Positions 53,201 to 64,000 of a DNA stretch of 64,000 nucleotides are shown here, one piece after another. How positions within the stretch are numbered: the first letter of the stretch is position 1; each line of letters opens with the position of its first letter. The translations under genes and the position numbers were made by a program. Under the pieces are notes generated by a model. That model searched no databases, was not told the DNA's origin, and saw only the letters and a list, made by a program, of their open reading frames with translations. The DNA comes from Schmidtea polychroa (lineage: Eukaryota), in NCBI GenBank assembly GCA_044892525.1, contig CM097885.1:8496001-8560000 (forward strand). The letters are read 5' to 3'.

Positions 53201-54409
53201 CACGCATTGGCCGAAGAAGAACCATGTTCTTCAATGGCGACTTCTCAAGTTGTATATAGAATTGGGGGCTATTATTAAAAATGTCCATAGAGCAATCAAA
53301 TTTAAGCATGCACCCATTTTTAAATCTTATATAGACAAAAACACTAATTTGAGAGCCAATTCTACGTGTGAGCTGCACAGAGATCTATACAAATTATTTA
53401 ATAATAGTCTGTATGGGAAATCCGTAGAAAACCTTAAAAAACGGATGAATTTGAGGCTATGCAATTCAGCTGAAAAGATGATTGTATATGCTTCAAAGCC
53501 GACTTTCAAGAATTCTATCAAAATTGATGATGACTTGATTGCTGCACATCTCAATAAGGATTCTATATGTTTAGACAGGCCTAGTTACATTGGCCAAACG
53601 GTGCTAGACCTGTCTAAACTGAGGATGTACCAGTTACAGTATATAGAATTGGCTAAATATAGAAATGAATTTAAATGTGAGATAAATATCGTTGCCGGCG
53701 ATACTGACTCCTTTTTCTTGAGGTTAGGCACTGTAAGCTTGACACTCTTTTGCCGGCAATGATTCGTGACAATCTTTTAGATACTTCCAACTATGACCCT
53801 GCACATCCCTTATACTCTAGAAACCTTGATTCGGTGATAGGTAAATTTAAAGATGAAAGTAAAGGTCTAGGGTATAAGGAATGGGTTTTCTTAAGACCCA
53901 AGTGCTATAGTTTGTTAGGGGCTAAAGATCATTTAAAAGCAAAAGGAGTCAGGTTAATAGGTACAGAAATTAGGCACGATTCATATTTAGAATGCTACAA
54001 TAACAACGTAGTATTTTCTGTGCCACAAAGTAGGATAGGGACGCGGAACCACCAATTGTACACATTTAAAAACAATAAAATCGCGTTGTCAAACAACGAC
54101 GACAAGCGGTTTTGGATGGGGAAAAATTCCAGTCTCGCATTTGGTCATTATTTAGCACTAGATGATATAAATGATGATCAAATATTTGAAGAAGTTGGGG
54201 CACTATTCGGAGGATTAAGTCCAGATTTTGTTTCTGGTGATGAGGAAGTGGGTCCACTTTTCAATGGTTTAAGTCCAGATTTCGATTCTGGTGATGATCC
54301 TAATGATGAAATTGATATTGACGATGTACAATTGAGTGACGAAATCGATATTGATGATGTACAATTGAGTGACGAAATTGATATTGATGATGTACAATTG
54401 AGTGATTAA
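50288..54409 (+). pseudogene. polB: Protein-primed family B DNA polymerase (terminal-protein region, endonuclease-VII-like zinc domain, exonuclease, polymerase); frameshifts at ~51245 and ~53730
   Basis: GSGW, NVKNTDDMCF, YADFES, CYLC...VRDH.H..G.YLGAACRKCN, FHNLRGYD, YIDINNLYG, KLFNNSLYGK, GDTDS, GKFKDE, LRPKCYS, KAKGV, DDKR. Confidence 0.95.
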
Positions 54410-55006
54410 GCGATTTTAATATCTTTTTCCTGTGATAAATTAATATAACTTTGTAAAAACATTGATTTGTGTTGATTTTTATTAATGAAAAGTTTTCGTA
54501 TTTCTTTCTATGGATAAAAATCATTATATTGTGTAATATTATTAAACATTCCTTAAGTGTTTAAACATAGAAAGTATATTAAAAATTGTTTTATTATTGA
54601 AAACTAGTAATGTTGTCACTATGGATTAGGACTTTGTTTTGAGCCATTAAAAGAATTTAAATTTTTATAAAGTTTTATTATTTTTATTTAATTTGATAAT
54701 ACTGTTCATATTTACTTTAGTTTGCAGTGAGCATGTAACTAAATATCTTTGAAAAAAAAAATAATAATAATAATATGAACAGTACCCATGTGACTTGTTG
54801 AGTGTGAGTAGTACCCTTGTGTGCAGTACCCATAGGGGGACAGAATATCTTGTCGGATAGATTATATATGATAATAACAACTTCCACGCGTGCGTTAATA
54901 TTTTAAAAGAAAATATTGAAAATTAAAAAAATAATAATAATATGTAATCAACGATTTAAACAAAATTATATTATTACGTATTCAATAATTAAAACAAAAT
55001 TATTAG

Positions 55007-55390
55007 TTCTAAAAATATTAGGCACCATTCTAAAAATATTAGGCATCGTTCTAAAATTATGACGTAATCATTCTAAAAATATGTGGCATCGTTCTAAAAT
55101 TATGACGTAATCATTCTAAAAATATGTGGCACCATTCTAAAAATAAGAGGCACCATTCTAAAAATATTAGGCATCGTTCTAAAATTATGACGTAATCATT
55201 CTAAAAATACGTGGCACCATTCTAAAAATAAGAGGCACCATTCTAAAAATATTAGGCATCGTTCTAAAATTATGACGTAATCATTCTAAAAATATTAGGC
55301 ATCGTTCTAAAAATATTAGGCATCGTTCTAAAAATATGAGGCATCGATTACGTAATAGTTCTAAAAATATGTCATCGTTCTAAAAATTTT
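55007..55390. repeat. Polinton subterminal tandem array, 18 units of mostly 21-22 bp beginning TTCTAAAA
   Basis: Unit variants TTCTAAAAATATTAGGCA(CCA/TCG), TTCTAAAATTATGACGTAATCA and TTCTAAAAATAAGAGGCACCA. Confidence 0.95.
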
Positions 55391-55899
55391 TTCCCCGGGT
55401 GGAGGGGGGGTATGTGATCTGGATGGCCCCAATCATACTACTCCAGTTATATATAATATAAAGGAAATTGGGGACACTTTTTTCCACAATATTAGAAATC
55501 AGTTTATTATTATGGGGAAAATTGACGTATTATCACTCCCGAAATTTTTTAAAGAGGCTTTCTCTGATATAAATGCAAAATATGAACAACTAATAGCAAT
55601 TATTAGTAGAGGTAAAACAAAATTAGGAAATAGTATTTTTATATGAAGCGGGTCCCCAACGTCGTTCCAAATGAAAGTAATAGGATACCAAAACTAATTA
55701 TTGATTATATTAATACCATTATTAAAACCTTTTCATAGATATTCATACTCAGCTAAAGGGGATAGATAGGAAAACCAACTATTATATTATTAAAGATTTT
55801 TTCTATATTTTAGGATTAAAATTTAATAAACTCTGTCAATTCTTATTTTCTAAAAATGACGGTAAAATATTTAATGAAGCACCGCAGCCATTCCCTTTT

Positions 55900-58267
55900 G
55901 TCCATAATAGATCTGCCCAATAAAAAAAGAAAGTCACCTTCAGCGATGATAATACCTATAACTCTGGCTACTTCAACTCTGCTAATAGATTCGCTAAGCT
56001 TATCGACCTAAATAATAGTAAGAAAGATTCTAAACCTAACAAGCAACTTCCACAAAAAACTAAGGGATTGCCAACAACCCCCAAAACACCTTCTGCAACT
56101 TCATCAACCAGTTCAAACAACAAGAATAGAAACACGTCTAAAAAACCACATTTTTCTAAACCAATTCCAAACAACACTCCACCTGAATCCATTAGACCAA
56201 GTTCTGAATTGCTCAAAAAAGTAATAAGACCGACTGAAGTTATTAAAAATTTAGAAAGACATTTAATTTTACGGAGAAACATTGTGAATCTATCCTCCCC
56301 CAACAGCATATAAATGAATCTGAAGTTAAATCAACTCCAAAATGCGACAATAACCACGTACCTTCACCTTCTCCTAAAACAACCTATAACTGTGACCTTG
56401 ATAACCATTCGAACTCTGACCTCTTTGCGGATACCTCCTTAGAAGTTAAACATACTAATACTGACACTGATAATATCATCTTGCACAACAGCTCCTCTGA
56501 TAGGTCATCCAATGAATCCATCATCCTCCGTAAATCTGCAAAACCCTCTCCTCTAGATAACACATCTAGAAATGATAATAACTCCTTCTCTGTAAACGTT
56601 GAAAACTCTAAGTCATTATTCCCCCTATCTGCCTCAATTATTCAAAAAGACGATATAACCAATACCCCAAAAAAATCCCCTACCCAGTCCAGCAGTAAAC
56701 AATCTGTCTACGCTATTACTTCTACCCCAATTACCTCAGCTATCTGTGAACAAGATTCCTTTCTAAAATCATTAAAAGTAAAAGGAACTACAATCCAACT
56801 TAACCATCCACAAAATCTTAATATAGCAAAGACAACTAAGGTAAGAACATCTAAAAATTTTAAAACTCACGATAAGAATAATAACGCCCTTTATTTTTTT
56901 GATGGTAGGGGAAAAATGAACTGTAGAGCTGGATTCCATAATCCTGTCTCTTGTGGATCTATAGGCGTATACTCAAGAGAACTTTTGATAGCACATGCTA
57001 AGGATGTCCATGGAATTGATTTTAATTATGATTCGGACATTGACTGCTATCAATGTTGACCGAAGCAAGGAGGGGATAGATCCACTATGAACGTTATAAA
57101 TTTTAAAAACTTATATAAACACATCAAGGATTTTGAGCACCATTGTGAAATTAACAAAGCCTATCTAAAAGATGTCACCGTTGAAATAACCCCCAAACAT
57201 GAAATTGCATGCCACATCCTTAGTAAGAACATAAAAAATAAGTGCTTCACCACCTTCAACTATGAAATACCAATAGAGAGTATATCAGCGCATATGAAAA
57301 AATTGCACAAAAATCTAATCTTTAACGTGGATAAGGATATCTATTGCTACTGCGGGGAATGGTTGCCACTTCATCAAATTAAAAACCATATTAATGATTT
57401 TCATTTAAATAACCTTATTGAACTTAATAATGAAGTAAGTGAGGGAAATAGCAATATGAATAGGGATTTTTTAAAAATATTTTAGCAACTAATGAAAATA
57501 TCCTCACACCAAATAATAATGAAATGATAGGTAGAGAAATTCCGGATACCACTCTTTTTTCAAATAACTTGGAAAAAGAATCAACATGATGGCCCCAGCA
57601 CACAATCAAGGCTTTCATCTTCTCGTTCGCAGTAAAAAACTCCACCATCTTTGTCGACCCATATATAGGTAACTCGCTAATCCAACACAACTTCCGTACT
57701 TTCTTTGCATCTTTTCCTTTCAGAGACTTCGCAGAATGGAACGAGATTGTCATGCCAATGTATAATGGTAAAAACAACTGGTTTCTGTTCTTCCTTGACA
57801 AACGCCGCAAACTCGCTCTTATAATCGACCCTACAGTTGAAGATTCGTACTCATCTTACAACACTCTTGGTAATAACATCCTCACCACTATCCTTGACTT
57901 ACAAAAAATCGTCATGCCGATTGAAATTAAACTACAGCAAATCCAATATCCTAGATGCAATAGTCCAGATGAATCAGCCTTCTTTGTGTGCCACATGACT
58001 GAATGTCTAATATTAAATAGAAAACTAACTTCCCCCAATATTTCAAATATGACTGAGAGGATTAAAATAATTTTGAGGAAATTAATTAATACTAGACTGC
58101 CTACTGATGATGTGCGAAAATATCGGACATTTATCAGTAGTCTTATAATCGATCTTAATATAGACGCAACCGACTGTGATAATGTACTAGGAGAAATAGA
58201 AAAAATAAACTCTAATATTAATGAGAAAAAAATATTTAATAAAAAAGCCAGCAGATATAGTCCATAA
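55900..58267 (+). mobile_element. Decayed 5' half of a NeSL-like non-LTR retrotransposon (Cys/His fingers plus Ulp1-like protease domain); RT absent
   Basis: Ser/Pro-rich linker, C..C...H...H motifs (for example CYCGEWLPLHQIKNHINDFH), and IVMPMYNGKNNWFLFFLD...IIDP...NSPDESAFFVC resembling a C48/Ulp1 domain. Confidence 0.6.
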
Positions 58268-58269
58268 AA

Positions 58270-58709
58270 AACAAAAAAATAATAATGAATTAGTCATGTG
58301 TAAAATTATGTGTAATAATTTGATGTGGTGAATTTTGTAATAAAATCTGACGAAAATTATCATTACAATAGGCAGGCCAGTTTCTTGGGTCATTGTAATA
58401 TACAAAATTAATCCAGGCACTGGTACTGGATTTAATTTCATGTGAACTTTCGGTTTGCATCAAAATATCAAACTATGAAACACCTTCTTCTCTTTTATCT
58501 TCTTTTTATGAAATACCTTCATCCGCGTGATCTGACACATTTTGTTGTACATCTGATTGTCCTACACATCTATCCATGTCGCTGTTGGCTGAAACATCAA
58601 GACTTGATTTGAAACACTTTAACAGTCGACCACTTTCATTCGCACGCTCTTTAGCTCTGAGAGTTTTGCGCTTACGAATATGAAATCCGGATGACTTTTT
58701 TGATGACAT
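58270..58709 (-). mobile_element. hAT (ZMYM1-like) transposase N-terminal remnant
   Basis: MSSKKSSGFHIRKRK...LLKCFK start and a downstream NDPRNWP motif, typical of these transposases. Confidence 0.6.
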
Positions 58710-60853
58710 TTTAAAAGTACTAATGTACCAATATAAATAATATTTAATTATTTTAATACAACAAATTAATATTTGCTATTAAACTTACCAGCAAAGAAGT
58801 GTTTAATGCTTTGTCGAATGAAGGATAACAAAATAAAATTTACTGCACGTAACTTCACAGAATCAATTATTTTTCTAATAATGAACAAAATTACACTTAT
58901 CAGTAAACCTGGAATTATCAGTAAACTATAACTGTTGTGTGTTTACTGCGACTGTTTGTATTTCGCTGTGTGCGATATATAATTGTGATACACAAACAAT
59001 AACGGTTCTCGGCAGAATTAAAAATCAAAATTGCACATGTCTCAGAACGCCGCGTCATGCGCTGGAACGATCTCTAAATCAACATTAAAATTAGTTTACC
59101 ATCTGCAAAGTTCGAAATTAAAATATTTATATATTAAATAAAATAATTATCTAATTATATTACCCTGTGCCTATAGCTTATGTAATATAATCAAAGCCAT
59201 TATTTTTTAATAATTGCGATTACACATTTTATCACCCCTCTCTGGATAGCGCCCTAGGGACCGCCTAGTTTGCCTTAATAGTAGCGCCGGCTCTGCTCGA
59301 CCAACTCCTGTGCCCGTGTGGATCCACCGACGCAACTCGATAACCTTCTGTGTCTGCTCTGGGATCGTGATCTTGCGATCGCGAATTTTTTCCTTGCTCC
59401 TCCCCTCGAGCCTTCTGCGCTTCCTAACCAAAACCTCGCTGTGTAACGCGTCACGTCCTGGCGAAATTTACCCATTGAACCCATGCTGCACTTAATTCTT
59501 GTTTAAATGAACTTGAAACTCCAGCGATATTGATTTTATTGCCTGAGCACCAGCAGCAGATCTGACTATATCCGAATAACTAGAGAAGTTATTCTAATCG
59601 CATATTTATTTTTAATCAGGAGAAATATCAAATTTATCATTGTTATAAACTTTAATTTATTTCTTAGCCAATTAAAAAAGCAAGATAAATATAACTAAAT
59701 AAAACTTATCCAAATGTCATGAATGTGTTGGCGTTTCTGAGGGGATAAAAGGGCAGTAAGCAAGCTGAGAGGTGAGGTATAATCACCCTTCGCAAACGCA
59801 CATGATTGGCAGATCTTCTAATCAATGTAACCATGACAGCTGCCATGTTGGTGCTGTACATTGTTATTGAGATCAAGGAGGCATGTGAGCTGCTGTCTTA
59901 CACCTACTCGCCCCATCATGCTCTCTGCGGGTCCATTACTGCCGCTCCCCGTCTTGATCAATGATAACAGTGCTGTATGAATTGCAGCTTTGTTATAATT
60001 AATATAGAAACGCGTGATTGATTATCAAATATGTTCTATTTTCTATAACAGCTGTTTTATTTGTTTGAATATTCAAATATTTAAATATTGAACATGATTT
60101 AAATGAAAATTCCCGCTTGGTCAAGTTGCTGCCCAGCCAAAACAAAATCCGAAGTTTCAAGGCCAAATACATCAAATGAAAAGCAGAAATTTTATCAGGA
60201 CATGTTTATGAACATGTTTATGTTTATGGAAAAGGTTAATTGAAAAACACTTAACTACAAGTGATCTAGATCTTGTGTTTGGAATACAGTTTACTATAGA
60301 TATGAATTGATTGGAATTTAAAGTCAATGCATGTGAAACCGAAATCACCAAGCGGGAATTTTCAGGATTATATTACCTGTAATAAGCCAGCAAAAAACTC
60401 AATTAATACTACTTATATATTCAGTAAAATATTCATCCAGTAATATATTCATCCAGTAAAATCACACTTCTCCGAACCATTAATCACTTTAATTAAACTA
60501 CCTCTAATTGTATTTAAGCCCCAAAAACAACAAACAGCCAGTAATATTAATCATACTTCGAATAATGTTATCCAACCAGCTATTGCCCAATCTATAACTT
60601 TACCATCTTTTAAACCTTTAAGCCTGTGTTTTTAATAATACTTATAAGAAGGTGGTACCTGAACAGTCACCTATTTTTACGAAATCTACCCAACCCACAA
60701 CTAAATCCATAATAATACCTATATTAAAAAATTTATTAAAATCTTTCAAAATTAATAATCAATATAGCAAAGCTAATATTAATAATAATAGACCAACGAA
60801 ACTTATATCTTCTAATTATAAATTTAGAAACTGCATAATAAATTCATCTAGTC

Positions 60854-62102
60854 CATCGTTTCCAAAGTTTTTTCACCGCGGGACCCTTTTAGATTTCAAA
60901 TTTTTGACGGAACCCTATTTACAAAAATCTTAGAATTTTAACATTGGGAATAATAATATGAGGTAAATTGGTTGAGACTGAAGCAGACGAGACTGATTAA
61001 GATGGGACTGATTTGACCAGGATTGAAACGGCGGGACTGAAATGTCCCGCTCCGGATAAAAAACATAGCAAGCTTTCGCCGTAATTCAAAAACTCGGAAT
61101 AAAACTTTGCCTCGCGACAACCACCTTACTTCTGCATGTCAAAGAAGAGCGGTGTGTTGATTTCCCATGTCTTCACAAATAATTTTGAAGAGCCTCGACT
61201 GCAGTGGCGCCTTAATAAAATAACAATTCATTCAAAACAGTTTTCAAGTCAATAGAAATTTTCTTACATACAAGAGCGTGCGTATGAAGGACACAATGAC
61301 TGCTGCTACAATTTGGTACAATATTTTTAATTTTCGGTATAACGCCCGCAGTTTTTCCAACCATTGATTTTGCACCATCACTACAAACATCAATACACTT
61401 AAGCCAATTATTATCATGTGTTTTCATAAAATTTTGAATCCTGTTTAAAGTTGTTTCTAAAAAATTGCATAAAAGTAAATCTTCTTCTATTGACTTGCCA
61501 AAATTATAATGTACAAAAACAAGCAAAACGACGAACCCTTTTTTCGTTTTTTTATACACAAGATTGACTCATTTGTTGGTATTTTTAATAGAGAATGATC
61601 ACTTTTTGTAAAAGGGTTAGGCTTCGGTTCTTCAGAAATATCTTCAGCAGTATTGTTGTCAGCAGTAGGTGTTTTTATTTTTTAAAGTCTCTTGTTTTAA
61701 ACAATGTTCCATCATCACAAAAATTTGGGTTAACTATTCACAAAATTTATCGATGATAAAAAATTACTCATACGAATACTTTCAAAAAATGAAAAAATAA
61801 CTTACCTTTTTATTATTAAATTTTTTTAAAACAAATTTTAAATTCGTATTTTTAATGCGTATTTTAAAACAATATAATTACAAAAACTGTAGTTTCCCTT
61901 TGAAAAAGATTTGAAAAAGAATTTTAAATTGGATCGAATAAAATCGAGAATTATTTATTCATCTTTATTGATAAATGTTTTCTTTTATAAATTATGTATT
62001 TATTTACAAAATGTTCGTGGAACCCCCGCTATCAGTCACCGAACCCCTGCTATCAGTCCACGGAACCCTGGGGTTCCGTGGAACACACTTTGTGAAACGC
62101 TG
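60854..62102 (-). mobile_element. Internally deleted hAT (Buster/ZBED5-SCAND3-like) transposon
   Basis: Perfect 8-bp TSD ATCTAGTC, imperfect TIRs CATCGTTTCCAAAGT / CAGCGTTTCACAAAGT. Transposase pieces IEEDLLLC...CSDGAKSMVG...HCVLHTHAL and WLSRGKVLFRVFELR. Confidence 0.93.
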
Positions 62103-62677
62103 ATCTAGTCTATTGTCTACTACTGAAATACCTGAGGATCCTTTACTCAATGATGTTGTAGCTCAACAATTCATACCTTCTAGAAATTATACCTATCCTG
62201 AATCGAACTCCACCTCCATCTCATCTGATCATAATGATCGCACTACCTTACCTTCTGTTGTGTACTTATTATTAGTGGTTATTTATTAGTTCTTTATAAT
62301 TATTTTGTGACTTGATGTATGGGATCATAAATGTCGCGATTCAATTATTATTAATTATTTATTAGTTCTTTATAACTATTTTCTGACTTGATGTAGAAGA
62401 CAAATCTGTAATGCCCGACAGCGTCTCCAGTAAAAATATGTGGTGGGACAGTCTGGATGCCTGTTCTTTGACTTTCACCGACTAATCACATTTCCAAAAT
62501 AGCTGTCCATGACTACCAAAGTCGGAAATAAATGATCAATATGCATTTATGGTAAGTAGACATCTCATTAACTGTTCTGATTAACTTCAAGTTCTTAAAC
62601 TGCAGAAACAATAACCGGACTTTATTGTAAAATCGGAGATAAATGTCAATGGAGACTTTATGATGAGGATCTTACAA

Positions 62678-62950
62678 TTTCTGGTAGCTCTGATAGCTCT
62701 GATGGTAGCCCTGATTGCTCTGATATTTCTGGTAGCTCTGGTAGTTAGGATACTTCTGATTGCTCTGATAGTTCTGATAGCTCTGATGGTAGCCCTGATT
62801 TCTCTGATAGCTCTGATAGCTCTGATAGTTCTGATAGTTCTAATTGCTCTGATATTTCTGGTAGCTCTGGTAGTTCTAATGGGTCTGATATTTCTAATTG
62901 TTCTGATAGTTCTGATAATTATGATAGTTCTGGTTGTTCTGATTGCTATG
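62678..62950 (+). repeat. 9-bp TCTGATAG(C/T) minisatellite (Ser-Asp-Ser in one frame)
   Basis: About 30 diverged units. The SDS frame contains a stop. Confidence 0.85.
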
Positions 62951-64000
62951 AAAGTGAAGTTATAAATGCTGATTCAGTAAATTTAACTAGATCTCAAATT
63001 AAAAATATTTTACATTGACTTTCCTGAAATTAAATATAATTTGATTAATTTAATTCATTATTTAAAATTAAATCAGAATTTTGAAAAGAAATTACTTTTA
63101 CTGGAGGTTAAATTATTATTGATAGCAAATCTGAGAAAGAAGAACCAGTTCAAAAAACGCTTCAGATATTATGTTAACTTTGGGATTATTTGATCTTTAT
63201 GAAATGAGTCAGGATGATAAGGAAATAGATCGGCTCTTATTCCTTCCAGCTTTGCCAAATAACACAGTTGAAATAATTTCTCATCTATACTATTTAAACC
63301 TGAAAAGTGCTGTAAAATATTCTACTAATATTACTTACAAAATTATGTTGTCAACTATTTCCGCAATGTTTTACTTTTTCATTCAATCATTGACCTGGGA
63401 ACTTGCAATTCTTTGAAAATCGATGATTTTGAAATTTGGTGTTCTGAACTAGTTGGTAAAATTCCTACAACTTCATATTTTATAATCAGTGGTCAGGAAA
63501 AACTGATGCTGACTGTCGGAATTGATAAATTAAAAACAAAATTTCTCAGGATAGAATAAGTAGAATAAATAATTTTGTACAATTAATTACTAAATCATTT
63601 CCAACCAAAGAAAACAAATTAAGTATTCTTTAATCAATTCAACGAATTCTGCTATGAAGAGGCCGACACTTACACAGTTAAAGCTAAGCGATTATTATAT
63701 TTTATCATTAGAGATAATAAGTAATTAGTAAGCTAACGTGTTAATAAATTCTGCCAATAGGATTTCTTATTGTTTTGAAGCTTAAAGGAAAGGAACAGTT
63801 TGGAAGATCATCCTATCTATTGTATTTAGATGTCTGCAGTAGTTATTAAGATTTGACGATCTGGCAATTAAGTATCATTCTCGGCTTCTACTAGGGCCTT
63901 GCCTATTCTATAACTCCATGATACACCTTATTCATGATTGCTGATGTGTTGATTATTAATATCTACGACTTTTGATGAAAACATATAAAATTATAACCAA

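Larger units (their letters stand above)
45576..55442 (+). mobile_element. Polinton/Maverick (adintovirus-like) element, left part missing
   Basis: Penton, core protein, major capsid, adenain and pPolB genes on one strand, a subterminal repeat array and a terminal ACTACT at 55437-55442. No integrase, packaging ATPase or left TIR seen. Confidence 0.92.

Noticed and set aside
55007..55390. CRISPR-like appearance of the repeat array
   Set aside because: The variable parts are only ~12 bp and recur among units rather than being unique spacers. There are no cas genes and the context is eukaryotic.
59207..59495. GC-rich patch as an R4/RTE non-LTR fragment
   Set aside because: Only a vague KRRRLE...LGRY resemblance, too weak to call.
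62660..62965. Highly hydrophobic 101-aa ORF as a membrane protein
   Set aside because: It is an alternate-frame reading of a 9-bp minisatellite.

Overview
Very AT-rich eukaryotic genomic DNA with short GT-AG introns, many microsatellites and dense transposon litter. The composition suggests a planarian flatworm, but that is inference only. Host genes: the 3' four exons of a fatty acid amide hydrolase (FAAH-like, +), a complete two-exon PGRMC/MAPR cytochrome-b5-fold gene (-), and an isolated PHF14-like PHD exon. Two large virus-like elements dominate the window. (1) A decayed Ty3/Gypsy LTR element on the minus strand (~25.7-37.2 kb). After removing a hAT MITE and repairing single stops and frameshifts, it reads as one polyprotein: Bcl-2-like domain, signal peptide, chuvirus/gB-type glycoprotein with TM, protease, RT, RNase H, integrase, second signal peptide, FN3-like domain, TM. 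A separate ORF encoding a catalytically altered DEDDh exonuclease follows. No gag is visible. (2) The right part of a Polinton/Maverick (~45.6-55.4 kb): penton, core protein, major capsid, adenain protease, and a protein-primed DNA polymerase whose 5' end is split by four phase-1 spliceosomal introns. It ends in a 21-22 bp subterminal repeat array and an ACTACT terminus. Also present: three solo LTRs, several hAT and piggyBac MITEs with target-site duplications, remnants of Penelope, IS630/Tc1, hAT, Gypsy integrase and NeSL-like elements, and an 84-bp-arm hairpin that shares sequence with the Polinton subterminal region. All calls come from reading motifs by eye; no database search was run.
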